The notes: generated by a model from the letters alone, not told the origin. A DNA stretch of 64,000 bases from Candidatus Marinacidobacterales bacterium (GCA_965237955.1 OZ250169.1:2528001-2592000), one strand, 5' to 3'; numbered from the stretch's first letter, positions 39,515 to 50,232 are shown. Numbers and translations: made by a program.

Positions 39515-41989
39515 GTGCTTCGCTCGTCATTGCTCAACATTGCGCTCATCACCGCGCTTTCCGCCCTCTTCGGTGCGTCGCGTGGCCTTGCATCGTTTTT
39601 GCGGCTGTTTCTCCGTCAAGATTCGGGCGAAGCGCTTCTCCCAGCGCTCGCGCGGAACCTTGTGTTGACCGATTTGGCGTGGCCTGCGCTCGGGTGGGGT
39701 GTGCTCGGTATCGGTTGCGCGCTCGCGCTCGCCTACGTGATGAAGCGGCTTCGGGATCTCGAGCCGGAGGGATCGCTCGCGGAGTTGGAGCGGCCTTACA
39801 TCACGCTCGTGGTTCCGATCGCGATGACGTTTTTGAGCGCGCTCGCGCTCGTGGTCTCGCCGACCTTTCCCTATGGTGCGAACCTTGCCGTAAGCGTGGC
39901 TCTCGAAGGGCCGTTTCTATCGCTTCTCACCGTGATGCTGTTCGCAGTGGTGCTCGTCCACACGCTCGTATGCGTCCTCGGACCTTGGAAGCGACGTGTG
40001 CCGTGCTTCGCACTCGTGCTCGTCGCGATGATTCTCTTTACGATGGCGACGCCGTCGCGGTTTTACGAAGAGGGCGTCGGTCAAGGCAACATGTTCAAGT
40101 ACTTGCGCATGGCGGCCGCTCTCGGCGGCACGGGAACTCTCGATATCGAGCGGGCCGAGGAGAATCCCGACCCGACGATCGGTGAGTTCTTGTCTCATAT
40201 CCCGGAGTGGATCGGCAACTACGCGAGTGCGTCCGCCAATCTCTTGGCGCATCCCGATGGGGACAAGAAGGCGAGCCGCGTCAATCGCTCGATGTTCCGG
40301 AGTGTGGACGGCGGTGTGTACTACATCAACTCTCCCGGCCCCGGAGTTCTCCTCACTCCCGCGTACCTCGTGGATCGCACCGTGAATCGCTGGTTCGGCT
40401 CGAAGCGGCAAATCGCCGTCATCGTGTTCTGGCAAATGCTCGGAGCGCTTCTCGTTTACGAGATCGTCCGGTCGGTCGCCGAAATCTCCGGCCGCTCGTC
40501 GGGCATCGTCACCGCTTTCGCCATCGCACTTGCGGTACCGCTTCTGTTCTACACGTTTCAAGTCTATCCGGAGCTTCCCGGTGGCCTCGTCTTGCTCTTC
40601 GCGTTTAGAAAGCTCGTGCTCGACCCAGCGCCCACCGGCCGCGGTGTGCTGGCAGCATCGATCGCTCTCGCCGCGCTTCCGTGGCTCCATCAGAAGTACT
40701 CGATCGTCGCCGCTGTGCTCGGCGTGATCACAGCGTGGAAGCTTCTGCGCAAAACGCCGGGTGGAGTGACGCATCATCCCTATAAGATCGTTTTGCTGGC
40801 GGTGCCGCTCGCGGTGTCGGCGTATTCGATTTTCCTCTACACCCATGCGCTCACCGGGAGTCTCTCGCCCACGGCCACGTTTTCGGCCGTTGGCCGCTCG
40901 TCGTTCGAGCCCTGGAACTTCTTCAAAGGATTCTCCGGGCTCCTGCTCGACCGTGAAAACGGACTCTTGATCTTCGCGCCGATTTACGTTCTCGCCCTCG
41001 TGGGTGCGCAAGCGTTTTACCTGCGCCACCGTCGGGTGTTCACCCCGTTCGCGCTCGTGCTCGTTTCCTACGTGGTCGTGATTGCCTCGTTTCCATACTG
41101 GCCGGGTGCGATCAGCACCATGGGTCGCTACATCCTCAGCATCCTTCCCCTTCTCGCACTACCGATGGCGCTCGTCGTCCAGCGTGCATTCTCGGATGGG
41201 TGGCTCGCCGGAGTTTCGGTCGCACTACTTGCCGGAACTTTCTCGTACAGCGTCAGCTTCGCCCGCGATTTGATCCCGAGCTACGAGCCCCCTCTTTTTT
41301 GGGGGCGCGCGCTCTACAGTGACCCGATGCAATATCTCCCCAGCTTTCTGAGCGACGGGTTTCTCGGGTCGGGTCCGGCGCATTACCCGAAGTTTCTCGT
41401 TCTCGTTCTGGTCATCGCGGTGGCCGTGCTCATGCTCCGAAAACGCGTTCGCGAGGCGCCGTTCTCGGTCGAAGCGGAGTCCCGCGAGTTCCACCGGCGA
41501 GCCGCCATGGGCGCGGGCGCGCTCGTCGTCGCCGTCGTCGTTGCCGGCGCCGCCCTCGAACGTTGGCCAGGGAACGAGACCCCCAAACGCGGTCCCACGT
41601 TTGCCGAAACACACGAGCTGGCGCGCGATCGCGTGCTGTGGGCGTTCGGTGAGCACGGGTTCGAGGGCGCCGGAGTGTGGGTCCCCGGAGGGGGGACGAC
41701 GAGCTTCTTGCTGCGGTCTCCGGCGCGCCTCGACGAGCTGACGCTTCGGATCACGACCGGACACGAGGACAACACCGTCGAGTTTCGCGAGCGGGGAGAA
41801 TCGAAGCTCGCGCTCGAGCTTCCGCCGGCCGGACCCCACGCCCGCACGGTGTTGCTGCGAAACCCCTACCGCTTCGATGGACCACGGGGCGAGAGCTACC
41901 TCTACCGGTTCACGGTGCACTCCCGTGGAAGCTTCGTGCCCGCGGGCGACGATGACCGCTCGCTTGGCGCCTACGTAAGGGTTCGATGA
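39515..41989 (+). CDS. large multi-pass membrane protein (GT-C-like)
   Basis: more than 12 hydrophobic segments; QVYPE, LPWLHQKY, GLLLDRENGLLIFAP, GRY. Confidence 0.7.
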   Translation: MLRSSLLNIALITALSALFGASRGLASFLRLFLRQDSGEALLPALARNLVLTDLAWPALGWGVLGIGCALALAYVMKRLRDLEPEGSLAELERPYITLVVPIAMTFLSALALVVSPTFPYGANLAVSVALEGPFLSLLTVMLFAVVLVHTLVCVLGPWKRRVPCFALVLVAMILFTMATPSRFYEEGVGQGNMFKYLRMAAALGGTGTLDIERAEENPDPTIGEFLSHIPEWIGNYASASANLLAHPDGDKKASRVNRSMFRSVDGGVYYINSPGPGVLLTPAYLVDRTVNRWFGSKRQIAVIVFWQMLGALLVYEIVRSVAEISGRSSGIVTAFAIALAVPLLFYTFQVYPELPGGLVLLFAFRKLVLDPAPTGRGVLAASIALAALPWLHQKYSIVAAVLGVITAWKLLRKTPGGVTHHPYKIVLLAVPLAVSAYSIFLYTHALTGSLSPTATFSAVGRSSFEPWNFFKGFSGLLLDRENGLLIFAPIYVLALVGAQAFYLRHRRVFTPFALVLVSYVVVIASFPYWPGAISTMGRYILSILPLLALPMALVVQRAFSDGWLAGVSVALLAGTFSYSVSFARDLIPSYEPPLFWGRALYSDPMQYLPSFLSDGFLGSGPAHYPKFLVLVLVIAVAVLMLRKRVREAPFSVEAESREFHRRAAMGAGALVVAVVVAGAALERWPGNETPKRGPTFAETHELARDRVLWAFGEHGFEGAGVWVPGGGTTSFLLRSPARLDELTLRITTGHEDNTVEFRERGESKLALELPPAGPHARTVLLRNPYRFDGPRGESYLYRFTVHSRGSFVPAGDDDRSLGAYVRVR

Positions 41990-42429
41990 ACGAAGTCGTG
42001 ATCTACACGGATGGTTCGTGCGAGGGCAACCCGGGTCCCGGCGGGTATGCGGCGATCGTCGATGAAGATGGTGAACGGCGCGAGATCACGGGCGGCGAGC
42101 GTCACACCACGAACAACCGCATGGAGCTCATGGCCGTCATCCGCGGCCTCGCGTCGCTCGACGAGCCGTCGATCGTGCGCGTCGTCACCGACTCTCAATA
42201 CGTCGCCAAAGGCATGAAGAGCTGGATTCATGGCTGGCGTCGCAAGGGATGGAAGACCGCCTCGGGTGCTCCCGTCAAAAACCGTGACCTCTGGGAAGAG
42301 CTCGACCGGCTCGCGAGCAAGCACCAGATGAGCTGGGAGTGGGTCCGAGGTCACACCGGTCATCCCGAGAACGAACGCGCCGACGCCCTCGCCCGCGAGG
42401 CCATCAGGGACGTCTTGGATGGGGGCTAG
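41986..42429 (+). CDS. rnhA: ribonuclease HI
   Basis: IYTDGSCEGNPGPGG, TTNNRMEL, TDSQY, WVRGHTGHPENERAD. Confidence 0.97.
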   Translation: MNEVVIYTDGSCEGNPGPGGYAAIVDEDGERREITGGERHTTNNRMELMAVIRGLASLDEPSIVRVVTDSQYVAKGMKSWIHGWRRKGWKTASGAPVKNRDLWEELDRLASKHQMSWEWVRGHTGHPENERADALAREAIRDVLDGG

Positions 42430-42433
42430 AAAA

Positions 42434-42575
42434 GATCACGCAGAGGCGCAGAGAACGCAGAGAAGAGCAGGGAAAAAGACAACGCAAAGGCGCCAAGACG
42501 CAAAGACGCAAAGAAGGAATCAACGCTGAAGGCGTTTCACTCTGCGCCCTCGCGCCCTTAGCGCCTTTGCGTTGA
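42434..42575. repeat. inverted 8/9-mer repeat cassette (CGCAGAG/CGCAAAG versus CTTTGCG)
   Basis: acgcagaggcgcagagaacgcagag...caacgcaaaggcgccaagacgcaaag ... ctcgcgcccttagcgcctttgcgttg. Confidence 0.75.
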
Positions 42576-42884
42576 TTCATGCCGAAGCCGGTATCACCGA
42601 CACCGGCGAGCGCCGTGGTATCCGTGAAACGACCTTCGCCGTCGTTCCGGTAGAGCGCGTTGGTCGGCGGAGCTCCGGTGTGAGTGGATCCCGGATGGGT
42701 TGCGCCGTTCACGAGGTAAATGTCGAGGTCGCCGTCGCCGTCGTAGTCGAGAAAGCCGCCGCCTGCGCCCATCGTCTCCACCATGTACTTCTCGTCGGTG
42801 GCCCGCTCTGTCGGTGCGATCGACGAAGCGGACGCCAGCCTGCGGCAGTGTCATCGACAGAAGTAGAGCGGTGAACGCTTGCAC
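42575..42884 (-). pseudogene. CRTAC1/FG-GAP protein, N-terminal fragment, frameshifted and truncated
   Basis: KYMVETMGAGGGFLDYDGDGDLDIYLVNG...NALYRNDGEGRFTDTT..AGVG..GFGM, then stops at the repeat cassette. Confidence 0.8.
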
Positions 42885-42893
42885 GCCCCGAAA

Positions 42894-44849
42894 CTAACAG
42901 AAAGCAGTGGCTTTTTGCGCCAGCTCTTCCCACTCCTTGTACAAGGACTTGATCTTTGCCTTCAGCTCTTCGTGGGTCTTCACGACCTGGTTCGCCGCTT
43001 CAGCATCGTCGTAGAAACCGGGAACCGCCATCCGACCTTCGAGGCTGTCGACTCCGATTTCGGTCTCGGAGATGGCGAGCTCGATCTCTTCGAGCCGTTC
43101 TTGGATCTCTCGCGCCTGGTTCTTCGAGAACTTTTTGCCTTTGGCATTGGGCTTCGGGTCTGACGCGCGCTTGGGCTTCGATGGCTTGGGCGTTGTCACC
43201 TCGACGTCGACGGTAGCTACGTCGGCCTCCCTGTCTAGCTTGTCCGGCACGACTTCTTTGGAGCGCATAAAGTCGGGATAGCCGCCCCAGTGAACATGGA
43301 CTTCCCCGTCCGCGATCTCGGTCACCTTCGTAGAAAGCTCATCCAGAAAGTAGCGGTCGTGCGAGACGAAGACCAGCGTTCCCTTGTAGGCCTTAAGAGC
43401 ATCGAGGAGGATGTCCTTCGAGTCGAGATCGAGATGGTTCGTTGGCTCGTCGAGGAGGAGAACGTTCGCCGGGCGTAACAGCATGCGCGCGAGCGCGAGC
43501 CGACTCATCTCGCCGCCGGAAAGCACTTTGACTTTCTTGTCCACGTCGTCGCCGTGAAAGAGAAATGCACCGAGAAGACTCCGGAGTCGCGGGACCATCT
43601 CAATAGGTGCACCATCGGTCATGTTGTCGAGCACGGTCCGCTCTTCGTCGAGATCGTAGCGCTCCTGGCTGAAGTAGCTGGTCTTGACGTTGTGTCCGAG
43701 CTTGAGCTTACCGTCGTGGGGAGCTTCAGCGCCTGCTAGCAACCGCATGAGCGTCGACTTGCCGACGCCGTTCGGTCCTACGAGAGCCATCCGCTCGCCT
43801 CTCTCAATGAGGAGGTTCGAGCCTTTGAAAACGTGATTGTCGCCGTAGCTCTTGTGAACCTTTTCGAGCTCGAGAACGACGCGGCCCGATCGTTCGACTT
43901 CCGGCAAGCGCAGCCGCAGGAGCTTGCGCTCGGGCGGCACTTCGATCTTCTGCATCTTCTCGAGCATCTTCACCCGGCTTTGCACCTGTTTGGCCTTGGT
44001 CGCTTTGTATCGAAACTTCTCGATGAAGCGCCGGGTGCGGTCGATCTCTTCTTGTTGCCGTGACGCTTTGGCGCGGAGCTCGGCAAGCGCATTCTCGCGC
44101 GTTTCGAGATAGGTGCTGTAGTTACCGGTGTAGTCGACGAGTTTCCGGCGATCGATCTCGGCGATACGAGTGACGACTCGATCGAGAAAATAACGATCGT
44201 GCGAGACGAGAATGATGGTGTGCGGGTAGTTCGCGAGGAAGTCCTCGAGCCAGTTCCGCGCCTCGAGATCGAGGTGGTTCGTCGGCTCGTCCATCAGGAG
44301 CAAGTTCGGTTGCGTCAGCAAGAGTTTCGCGAGGGCGATCCGCATCTGCCAGCCGCCGCTGAAGCTCTCCGTCGGCGCATCGAGGTCTTTTTGCTTGAAG
44401 CCGAGCCCCAAGAGGACTTCTTCCACCTGGCTTTCGATGGTGAAGCCGTCACGACGATCCCACTCGTCACGGCACTCGCCGTAGCGCTCGAGCACTTTCT
44501 GGTGCTCTGCGCTCTCGGGCTCGAAGGCGCTCATCTGCTCTTCGAGCGTCTTTAACTCCTCACCGATGGCGAGCACTTTTTCGAATGCCCGAAGCGTTTC
44601 TTCCCGGAGCGATTTGCCGCTGTGGGTGAGCCCGTCTTGAGGGAGGTAGCCCACCGTGGTCCCCCGGGGCATCGTCACTTTGCCGGCGTCCGGGGATTGC
44701 TTTCGTGTCAACATGCGCAGGAGGGTCGTCTTGCCGGAGCCATTCGGGCCGGCGAGTCCCACGCGATCGCCATCGTTCACGTTCCAGGTGACATCCTCGA
44801 ACAGAACGCGGCCTGCGAATCCTTTGGTAACGCCGTTGATTTGAAGCAT
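42894..44849 (-). CDS. ABC-F family ATPase
   Basis: two ABC domains (GPNGSGKTT, SGGWQMR, DEPTNHLD twice) with no TM domain. Confidence 0.95.
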   Translation of the reverse strand: MLQINGVTKGFAGRVLFEDVTWNVNDGDRVGLAGPNGSGKTTLLRMLTRKQSPDAGKVTMPRGTTVGYLPQDGLTHSGKSLREETLRAFEKVLAIGEELKTLEEQMSAFEPESAEHQKVLERYGECRDEWDRRDGFTIESQVEEVLLGLGFKQKDLDAPTESFSGGWQMRIALAKLLLTQPNLLLMDEPTNHLDLEARNWLEDFLANYPHTIILVSHDRYFLDRVVTRIAEIDRRKLVDYTGNYSTYLETRENALAELRAKASRQQEEIDRTRRFIEKFRYKATKAKQVQSRVKMLEKMQKIEVPPERKLLRLRLPEVERSGRVVLELEKVHKSYGDNHVFKGSNLLIERGERMALVGPNGVGKSTLMRLLAGAEAPHDGKLKLGHNVKTSYFSQERYDLDEERTVLDNMTDGAPIEMVPRLRSLLGAFLFHGDDVDKKVKVLSGGEMSRLALARMLLRPANVLLLDEPTNHLDLDSKDILLDALKAYKGTLVFVSHDRYFLDELSTKVTEIADGEVHVHWGGYPDFMRSKEVVPDKLDREADVATVDVEVTTPKPSKPKRASDPKPNAKGKKFSKNQAREIQERLEEIELAISETEIGVDSLEGRMAVPGFYDDAEAANQVVKTHEELKAKIKSLYKEWEELAQKATAFC

Positions 44850-44928
44850 GGGCAATAAAAAACCCAGCTCTCGCGAGCCGGGGTCCAATGAAAATATAAT
44901 AGCCCGATCGGAGAGTCAGAAGCCAATC

Positions 44929-47900
44929 ATGAGTCGGTCCGCGCAAGTGGTTATAATCGTGTTGTTTATGGCTGGTTCGGTGCCCGGTCTGAAGGGGAGC
45001 CAGTCGGAGCGAGCGAGTGCGCATGCGAATCGCGGCGTCGCCCTGCTCGAGCAATACCGCTTCGCCGATGCCGCCGAGGCGTTCGAGGCGTTCGTTCAGC
45101 TCGTACCTGAGGACGCTTCCGGCCACATCAATCTCGGCATCGCCTATTTCAACGAGCGTGACTTCGATCGGGCACGCGCGTCCCTCGAGCGTGCGTTCGA
45201 GCTCGCCCCGGACGACGCGTACGTTCACTACAACCTCGGTCTCGTCCACAAGCTGCAAGGCGACACTGAGCTTGCGGTCGAAGCGTTTGAGCGCGTCGCT
45301 CGGATCGACCCGCTCGATTCGATGACCCATTACTATCTCGGAACCCTGTACGCTGCGCTCAGGCGGCTGGAGGATGCGGAGGCAAGCTTCCGGCATACCA
45401 TCGAGCTTCAGCCTATTAACGAGTCGGCGCATTTCAGTCTTGGGAACGTCCTCATCCGTCAAGGGAGGCGGGACGAGGGCCGAGCCGAGCTCATGGCGTT
45501 CCAGGAGCTCAAGCGGACCTTTCCCGGTGAAGGGGCATCGGCCGGCCTTCAGTACACCGAGCTCGGAAAGTACGCCGAGGCGGTTGAGCGAGGGACCGAG
45601 CTACTTCAGCCTCTCTTCCGAGAGCGCACTGAGAATGCCGCGAGCATCAGCTTCATTGAAGCGAGTGAAGAATCCGGTCTCGGTCTTCCGGCCCTCGAGC
45701 CACTTCAGCCTCTACCCGATCGCATCGACGCGTCCGCGTACGACGGGTTGTGGATACGAGAGGTCGCCCTGCCGCCACTCGGTAGCGGGCTCGCGTTCCG
45801 CGATGTGAACGGAGACGACACACCGGATCTTCTGTTCGTCCGCGACGGCGCACCGATCGTCTTCGCGAACCGCGGCGGCCGCTTCGAAAAACTTGTCCCG
45901 GCGGATACCGGCCTCCCTGCCGAAGGGAACTTCATCGGCGTCGTCGTAGGCGACGTCGACAACGACTTGGACGGCGATGTCTACCTTACCGGCGCAGGGC
46001 CGAACGCGCTGTTCGTGAACGACGGCGCGGGTCATTTCACAGAATCTTCGGACGAGACCGTCCGCGGTGACGATATCTCGGTAAGCGCGAGCTTTGCCGA
46101 CTTCGACCACGATGGGGATCTCGATCTGTATGTCGCGAATTTTCTCGATCGCGAGGCGCCCGCCGGCAAGAGCGTGCTCGAGCTCCCGGACGATTTGCCG
46201 GGCTCAACCAACCGCCTTTACCGCAACAACGGCGACGGTTCGTTTACCGATGTTGCGGATGACACCCGGACGGGCGGCGGCAGTGCGCGGAGTCTCGGGG
46301 CAATGTTCTCGGATCTCGACGACGACCGCGACATCGACTTCGTCGTGATCAACGACGGCGAGCCCGCACGCGTGTTCTCGAACGATCGCGTCGGTACGTT
46401 CAGCGATCAGACGCGCGCGTTCGGTCTCGAGACCGGGCTCCGTATGCGGGGGATAGATTCCGCCGACTTCGATCGCGATCGCAGCTTCGATGTGTTTCTA
46501 ACCGCGACCGGCACGGCGTTGAACAGCCTCATGCGCGGTCCCGCCGCCGACGGCTTTCATCCCGACGTGTTGTCGCCGGGCCTTCTTGCGGCAGGGGTTC
46601 CGGGGGCGCGCTACGGCGCAAGCTTTCTTGATGCCGACAACGACACCGACCTCGACCTGCTGTTGGTGGTGAACGAACCCGAGGTGATTGCCGCGTACTA
46701 CGAGAACACGCCGTCGGGTTTCGTGCGCGCGGAGGCGCTTGCCGCCACGGTCTCCGGTGAAGGTCGCGCGCTCGCGCTTGCGGACGTCGATGCCGACGGC
46801 GACCTCGATGCTGTCGTCGCTACCAATCGGGGCGAGCTCGTCTACTTTCGAAACGAGGGAGGGAACGAGCGCGGATACGTGGCGGTTCGTGCTCAGGGAC
46901 TTCGCAGCAACTTCGACGGGCTCGGCGCGAAGGTCGAATTGAAAGCGGGCGCGGCGAGTACCCGGCGCGAAGTGCGCTCGTCGAGTGGCTATTTTTCTCA
47001 GAACGATCTCCCGCTTCATTTCGGCCTGGGGGACAACGCGGCAGCCGACTATGTTCGCTTCCTCTGGCCCGGAGGGGTGAAGCAAATCGAGATGGACGTC
47101 GAAGGAGGGCGCACCGCGCGTATCGAGGAGTTGAATCGTAAGGGAACGTCTTGTCCCATCCTCTACGCCTGGGACGGCGAGAAGATTCGGTTCGTGACCG
47201 ATTTTCTCGGCGGCAGTGCCTACGGCTACCTTCATGCGCCGGGAACCTACAACTACCCCGACACCGACGAGACGGTGAAGATGGAAGCGTTTCCCCTCGT
47301 CGCGAAAAACGGTCTTTTCGAGATGCGCTGGGTCAATCAACTCGAGGAGATCATTATTTACGACCAAGCCGCGCTCCTGGTTGTGGATCACCCGGCGGAC
47401 GTCGAGGTGTTTCCGAACGAGCGGTTGATGCCCGGACCGCCGTATCCGGAGCGAGAGCTGTACGCGGTCCAATCCTCGCGCCCGCCGGTGCGCGCGAGAG
47501 ATCACCACGGCGTGGACGTCACCGAGCTCGTTCGCACGAAAGATCGGCGTTATCCGGACGCATTCGAGCTCCTGCCGTTCAAAGGCTATGCCGAGACGCA
47601 CTCGTTGACGATGGACCTGGGCGCGATCGAGGAAGGTGAGAACTACTTGCTCTTGCTCTACGGCTGGGTCGACTATGCCGACTCGAGCTCGAACCTGGCC
47701 GCGTCTCAAGCCGGCGTCGAGCTAAAGACGCCTTATCTCGAAGTCGGGGATGCGAGCGGGCGTTTCGAGATGGGTTTGTCGCAAATGGGGTTTCCCGCCG
47801 GGCTTCCGAAAACGATGCTCGTCGATCTCTCCGGCCTTGTGAGTCCTGACAAGAATCGAGTCCGCATCACCACGAGCATGCGGCTTTATTGGGACCAGAT

Positions 47901-48420
47901 CCTGATCGCGCGACGCGTATCGAATGACGACCTTCGGGTCACCGAGCTTGCGCCTAGCGAGGCCGAGCTCCGGTTCACCGGCTACCCCGCGCCCTACAAT
48001 CCCGACCACCGTCAACCGTCGCTTTACACGTACGACACGATCGCGAAGACGGATCTGTGGGGGGCTCACGAGGGCTACTACACGCGTTACGGCGATGTCC
48101 GCCCGCTGGTGGAAACCGTCGACGATAGCTATGTCATTACCCACCATGGCGACGAGCTCCGGCTCACGTTCGAGGAGGCGTCGCTTCCCCCGCTGGGCGT
48201 TGGTCGACGCCGAAGTTTCATGGCCATCGCCGACGGTTTCGGCAAAGACATGGACTTGAGCTCGGCGCGCCCTCACTTCGTGGACCCACTGCCGTTTCAC
48301 GACATGACCGCGTACCCCTATCCCGACGACGAAGTGTTTCCGGCGTCGACCATGCACCGCCGCTACAACACACGTTATGTCGGTTCCGATCCTACCCGCG
48401 GTGCCAACGAAAGAGAATGA
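44929..48420 (+). CDS. TPR + FG-GAP (VCBS) + ASPIC/UnbV domain protein
   Basis: N-terminal TPRs, DxDxDGDxD repeats, GAKVE...SQNDLPLHFGLG, SCPILYAWDGE. Confidence 0.88.
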   Translation: MSRSAQVVIIVLFMAGSVPGLKGSQSERASAHANRGVALLEQYRFADAAEAFEAFVQLVPEDASGHINLGIAYFNERDFDRARASLERAFELAPDDAYVHYNLGLVHKLQGDTELAVEAFERVARIDPLDSMTHYYLGTLYAALRRLEDAEASFRHTIELQPINESAHFSLGNVLIRQGRRDEGRAELMAFQELKRTFPGEGASAGLQYTELGKYAEAVERGTELLQPLFRERTENAASISFIEASEESGLGLPALEPLQPLPDRIDASAYDGLWIREVALPPLGSGLAFRDVNGDDTPDLLFVRDGAPIVFANRGGRFEKLVPADTGLPAEGNFIGVVVGDVDNDLDGDVYLTGAGPNALFVNDGAGHFTESSDETVRGDDISVSASFADFDHDGDLDLYVANFLDREAPAGKSVLELPDDLPGSTNRLYRNNGDGSFTDVADDTRTGGGSARSLGAMFSDLDDDRDIDFVVINDGEPARVFSNDRVGTFSDQTRAFGLETGLRMRGIDSADFDRDRSFDVFLTATGTALNSLMRGPAADGFHPDVLSPGLLAAGVPGARYGASFLDADNDTDLDLLLVVNEPEVIAAYYENTPSGFVRAEALAATVSGEGRALALADVDADGDLDAVVATNRGELVYFRNEGGNERGYVAVRAQGLRSNFDGLGAKVELKAGAASTRREVRSSSGYFSQNDLPLHFGLGDNAAADYVRFLWPGGVKQIEMDVEGGRTARIEELNRKGTSCPILYAWDGEKIRFVTDFLGGSAYGYLHAPGTYNYPDTDETVKMEAFPLVAKNGLFEMRWVNQLEEIIIYDQAALLVVDHPADVEVFPNERLMPGPPYPERELYAVQSSRPPVRARDHHGVDVTELVRTKDRRYPDAFELLPFKGYAETHSLTMDLGAIEEGENYLLLLYGWVDYADSSSNLAASQAGVELKTPYLEVGDASGRFEMGLSQMGFPAGLPKTMLVDLSGLVSPDKNRVRITTSMRLYWDQILIARRVSNDDLRVTELAPSEAELRFTGYPAPYNPDHRQPSLYTYDTIAKTDLWGAHEGYYTRYGDVRPLVETVDDSYVITHHGDELRLTFEEASLPPLGVGRRRSFMAIADGFGKDMDLSSARPHFVDPLPFHDMTAYPYPDDEVFPASTMHRRYNTRYVGSDPTRGANERE

Positions 48421-50183
48421 GCAGGCTCCTCGCCGGTTCCGTTGTGTTGGCGTTCGCGAGCGCGTGTAACACTCCCGAGGCAACCGACCCGCTCGACCTC
48501 ATGGATGCGACGTACGTCGTGTTCGCTCCCGTCGACGAGCAAGAGGTCCCGACTCGTATCCGGCTCGATGGCGACACCCGTCGCGCGCTCGCGGCGTCAC
48601 TACCTGCCGAGTTCCGCTACCGCATCCAAGTTCCCGAACGAGCACTTCTTACGTTCACGGTCGCGATCATCACCGCGCCAGGCGCGGAGCGCGGCGACCC
48701 GCTACCTTCAGATCGCGTGCGCTTTGCGATACGAGCTGGGCGAGCCGGCGAGAGCTCCGCGAGCGAGCTTTTGTTCGAGCGCGAGATCCACGTAGCACGT
48801 CGGGGTCAGTGGATCGAGCAGGAGGTCGACCTGCGCGCGCTAAGTGGTAAGGAAATCTGGCTCGTGTTCCAGACGTCTTTTCCCGGGGCGCCGGAGGGTG
48901 AGGCGCTCCCGGTGGTCGGTATTTTCGGTGAGCCGGTATTGCACGATCGCGCTCGCTATCGCCGGGGACGCGGCGTCTTGGTCGTATCCATCGATACCTT
49001 GCGCCGCGACCACGTGAGCCTCTACGGCTACCCACGGCGCACGACGCCCGGGCTCGAGGCACTAGCGAGTGAAAGTGTGGTCTTCGACGATGCGGTGAGT
49101 ACATCGTCGTGGACGCTTCCGGCTCACGCGTCGCTTCTGACGTCCACGTATCCCAGTGTGCACGGGGCGGTGAACTTGAACGTCGGGCTGTCGCCGGCGT
49201 GGCCGAGTGTGGCGACACTTCTGCAGGAGGCGGAGTTCACGACCCAAGCGTTGGTGACCCACGTCTATCTGCCCGAGACTCGCGCGGAGGAAGTGACGAA
49301 CCGAGCGATTCGATTCCTGAGAGCCATGGGCGATCGTGAGTTTTTTCTGTTCGTGCATTACTACGATCCGCACTGGCACTACGATCCTCCCGCCCCCTAC
49401 GATGAAACGTTCGATCCTTCCTACGACGGGGACGCTTCCGGTGTGTGGTGGGATTTCAAGGAGCACGACCGCGACAGCATCGACCCCCGAGACCTTCACC
49501 ATATCGAAGCGCTCTACGACGGGGAGATTCTCTACACCGACCGTCACGTCGAGCGGCTCATGCGTTCGATGAAGGAGCTCGACATTTTCGACAAGGTGCT
49601 CATCGTGGTGACGTCGGATCACGGCGAAGAGTTTCTGGAGCACGGAAGCTGGGAGCATCAGAAGACGCTCTATGAAGAGCAGCTGCGCGTCCCTCTGATC
49701 ATCAAGTTCCCCGGAGGCGAGGGCGCGGGACGTCGGGTGAAAGAGCAGGTGTCGCTTCTCGACGTCGCGCCGACGATCGCCGACGTGATGGAGCTTCCAG
49801 TGCCGGCTTCGTTCCGCGGCGTCAGTTTGCGAGGCGAGCTGGTCGAGAACAGGGAGCTCTGGTCCGAGACGGAACACACCATCGATGGTACGCACAAGCT
49901 GTCCCTTCGTCGCGGTGCGAGCTCGGGCAAAGCGATCTTCAGGGTAGGTGGCGACGACGACGGCGAGGTCGATGTCCTCAATGTCGAGTTGTTCGATCTT
50001 GGGGAAGACCCGAGTGAGCTCGAGGCTCTCACCGACGACGAGATGAGGCAGCGAGTCGAAGAACGACTCCGCGACTACCTCGCTAGTGTCGCGGCCGCAC
50101 GCGAAGGAATAGCCGAGACCCCGAACGTCGACCTGGATCCGCAAGAACGCGAACGCTTACGCACTCTCGGCTACATCCAATAA
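48417..50183 (+). CDS. sulfatase-like hydrolase/transferase (lipoprotein)
   Basis: SIDTLRRDH, WTLPAHASLLT, YDPH, YDGEI, TSDHGEEF, VPLII, RLRTLGYI. Confidence 0.88.
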   Translation: MSRLLAGSVVLAFASACNTPEATDPLDLMDATYVVFAPVDEQEVPTRIRLDGDTRRALAASLPAEFRYRIQVPERALLTFTVAIITAPGAERGDPLPSDRVRFAIRAGRAGESSASELLFEREIHVARRGQWIEQEVDLRALSGKEIWLVFQTSFPGAPEGEALPVVGIFGEPVLHDRARYRRGRGVLVVSIDTLRRDHVSLYGYPRRTTPGLEALASESVVFDDAVSTSSWTLPAHASLLTSTYPSVHGAVNLNVGLSPAWPSVATLLQEAEFTTQALVTHVYLPETRAEEVTNRAIRFLRAMGDREFFLFVHYYDPHWHYDPPAPYDETFDPSYDGDASGVWWDFKEHDRDSIDPRDLHHIEALYDGEILYTDRHVERLMRSMKELDIFDKVLIVVTSDHGEEFLEHGSWEHQKTLYEEQLRVPLIIKFPGGEGAGRRVKEQVSLLDVAPTIADVMELPVPASFRGVSLRGELVENRELWSETEHTIDGTHKLSLRRGASSGKAIFRVGGDDDGEVDVLNVELFDLGEDPSELEALTDDEMRQRVEERLRDYLASVAAAREGIAETPNVDLDPQERERLRTLGYIQ

Positions 50184-50186
50184 GAG

Positions 50187-50232
50187 AAAAAGATCACCGC
50201 AGAGGTTGCGCCTCTGCGGTGATCTTTTTTTT
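50187..50232 (+). terminator. intrinsic terminator with a 19-bp perfect stem
   Basis: aaaaagatcaccgcagagg-ttgcg-cctctgcggtgatctttttttt. Confidence 0.9.
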
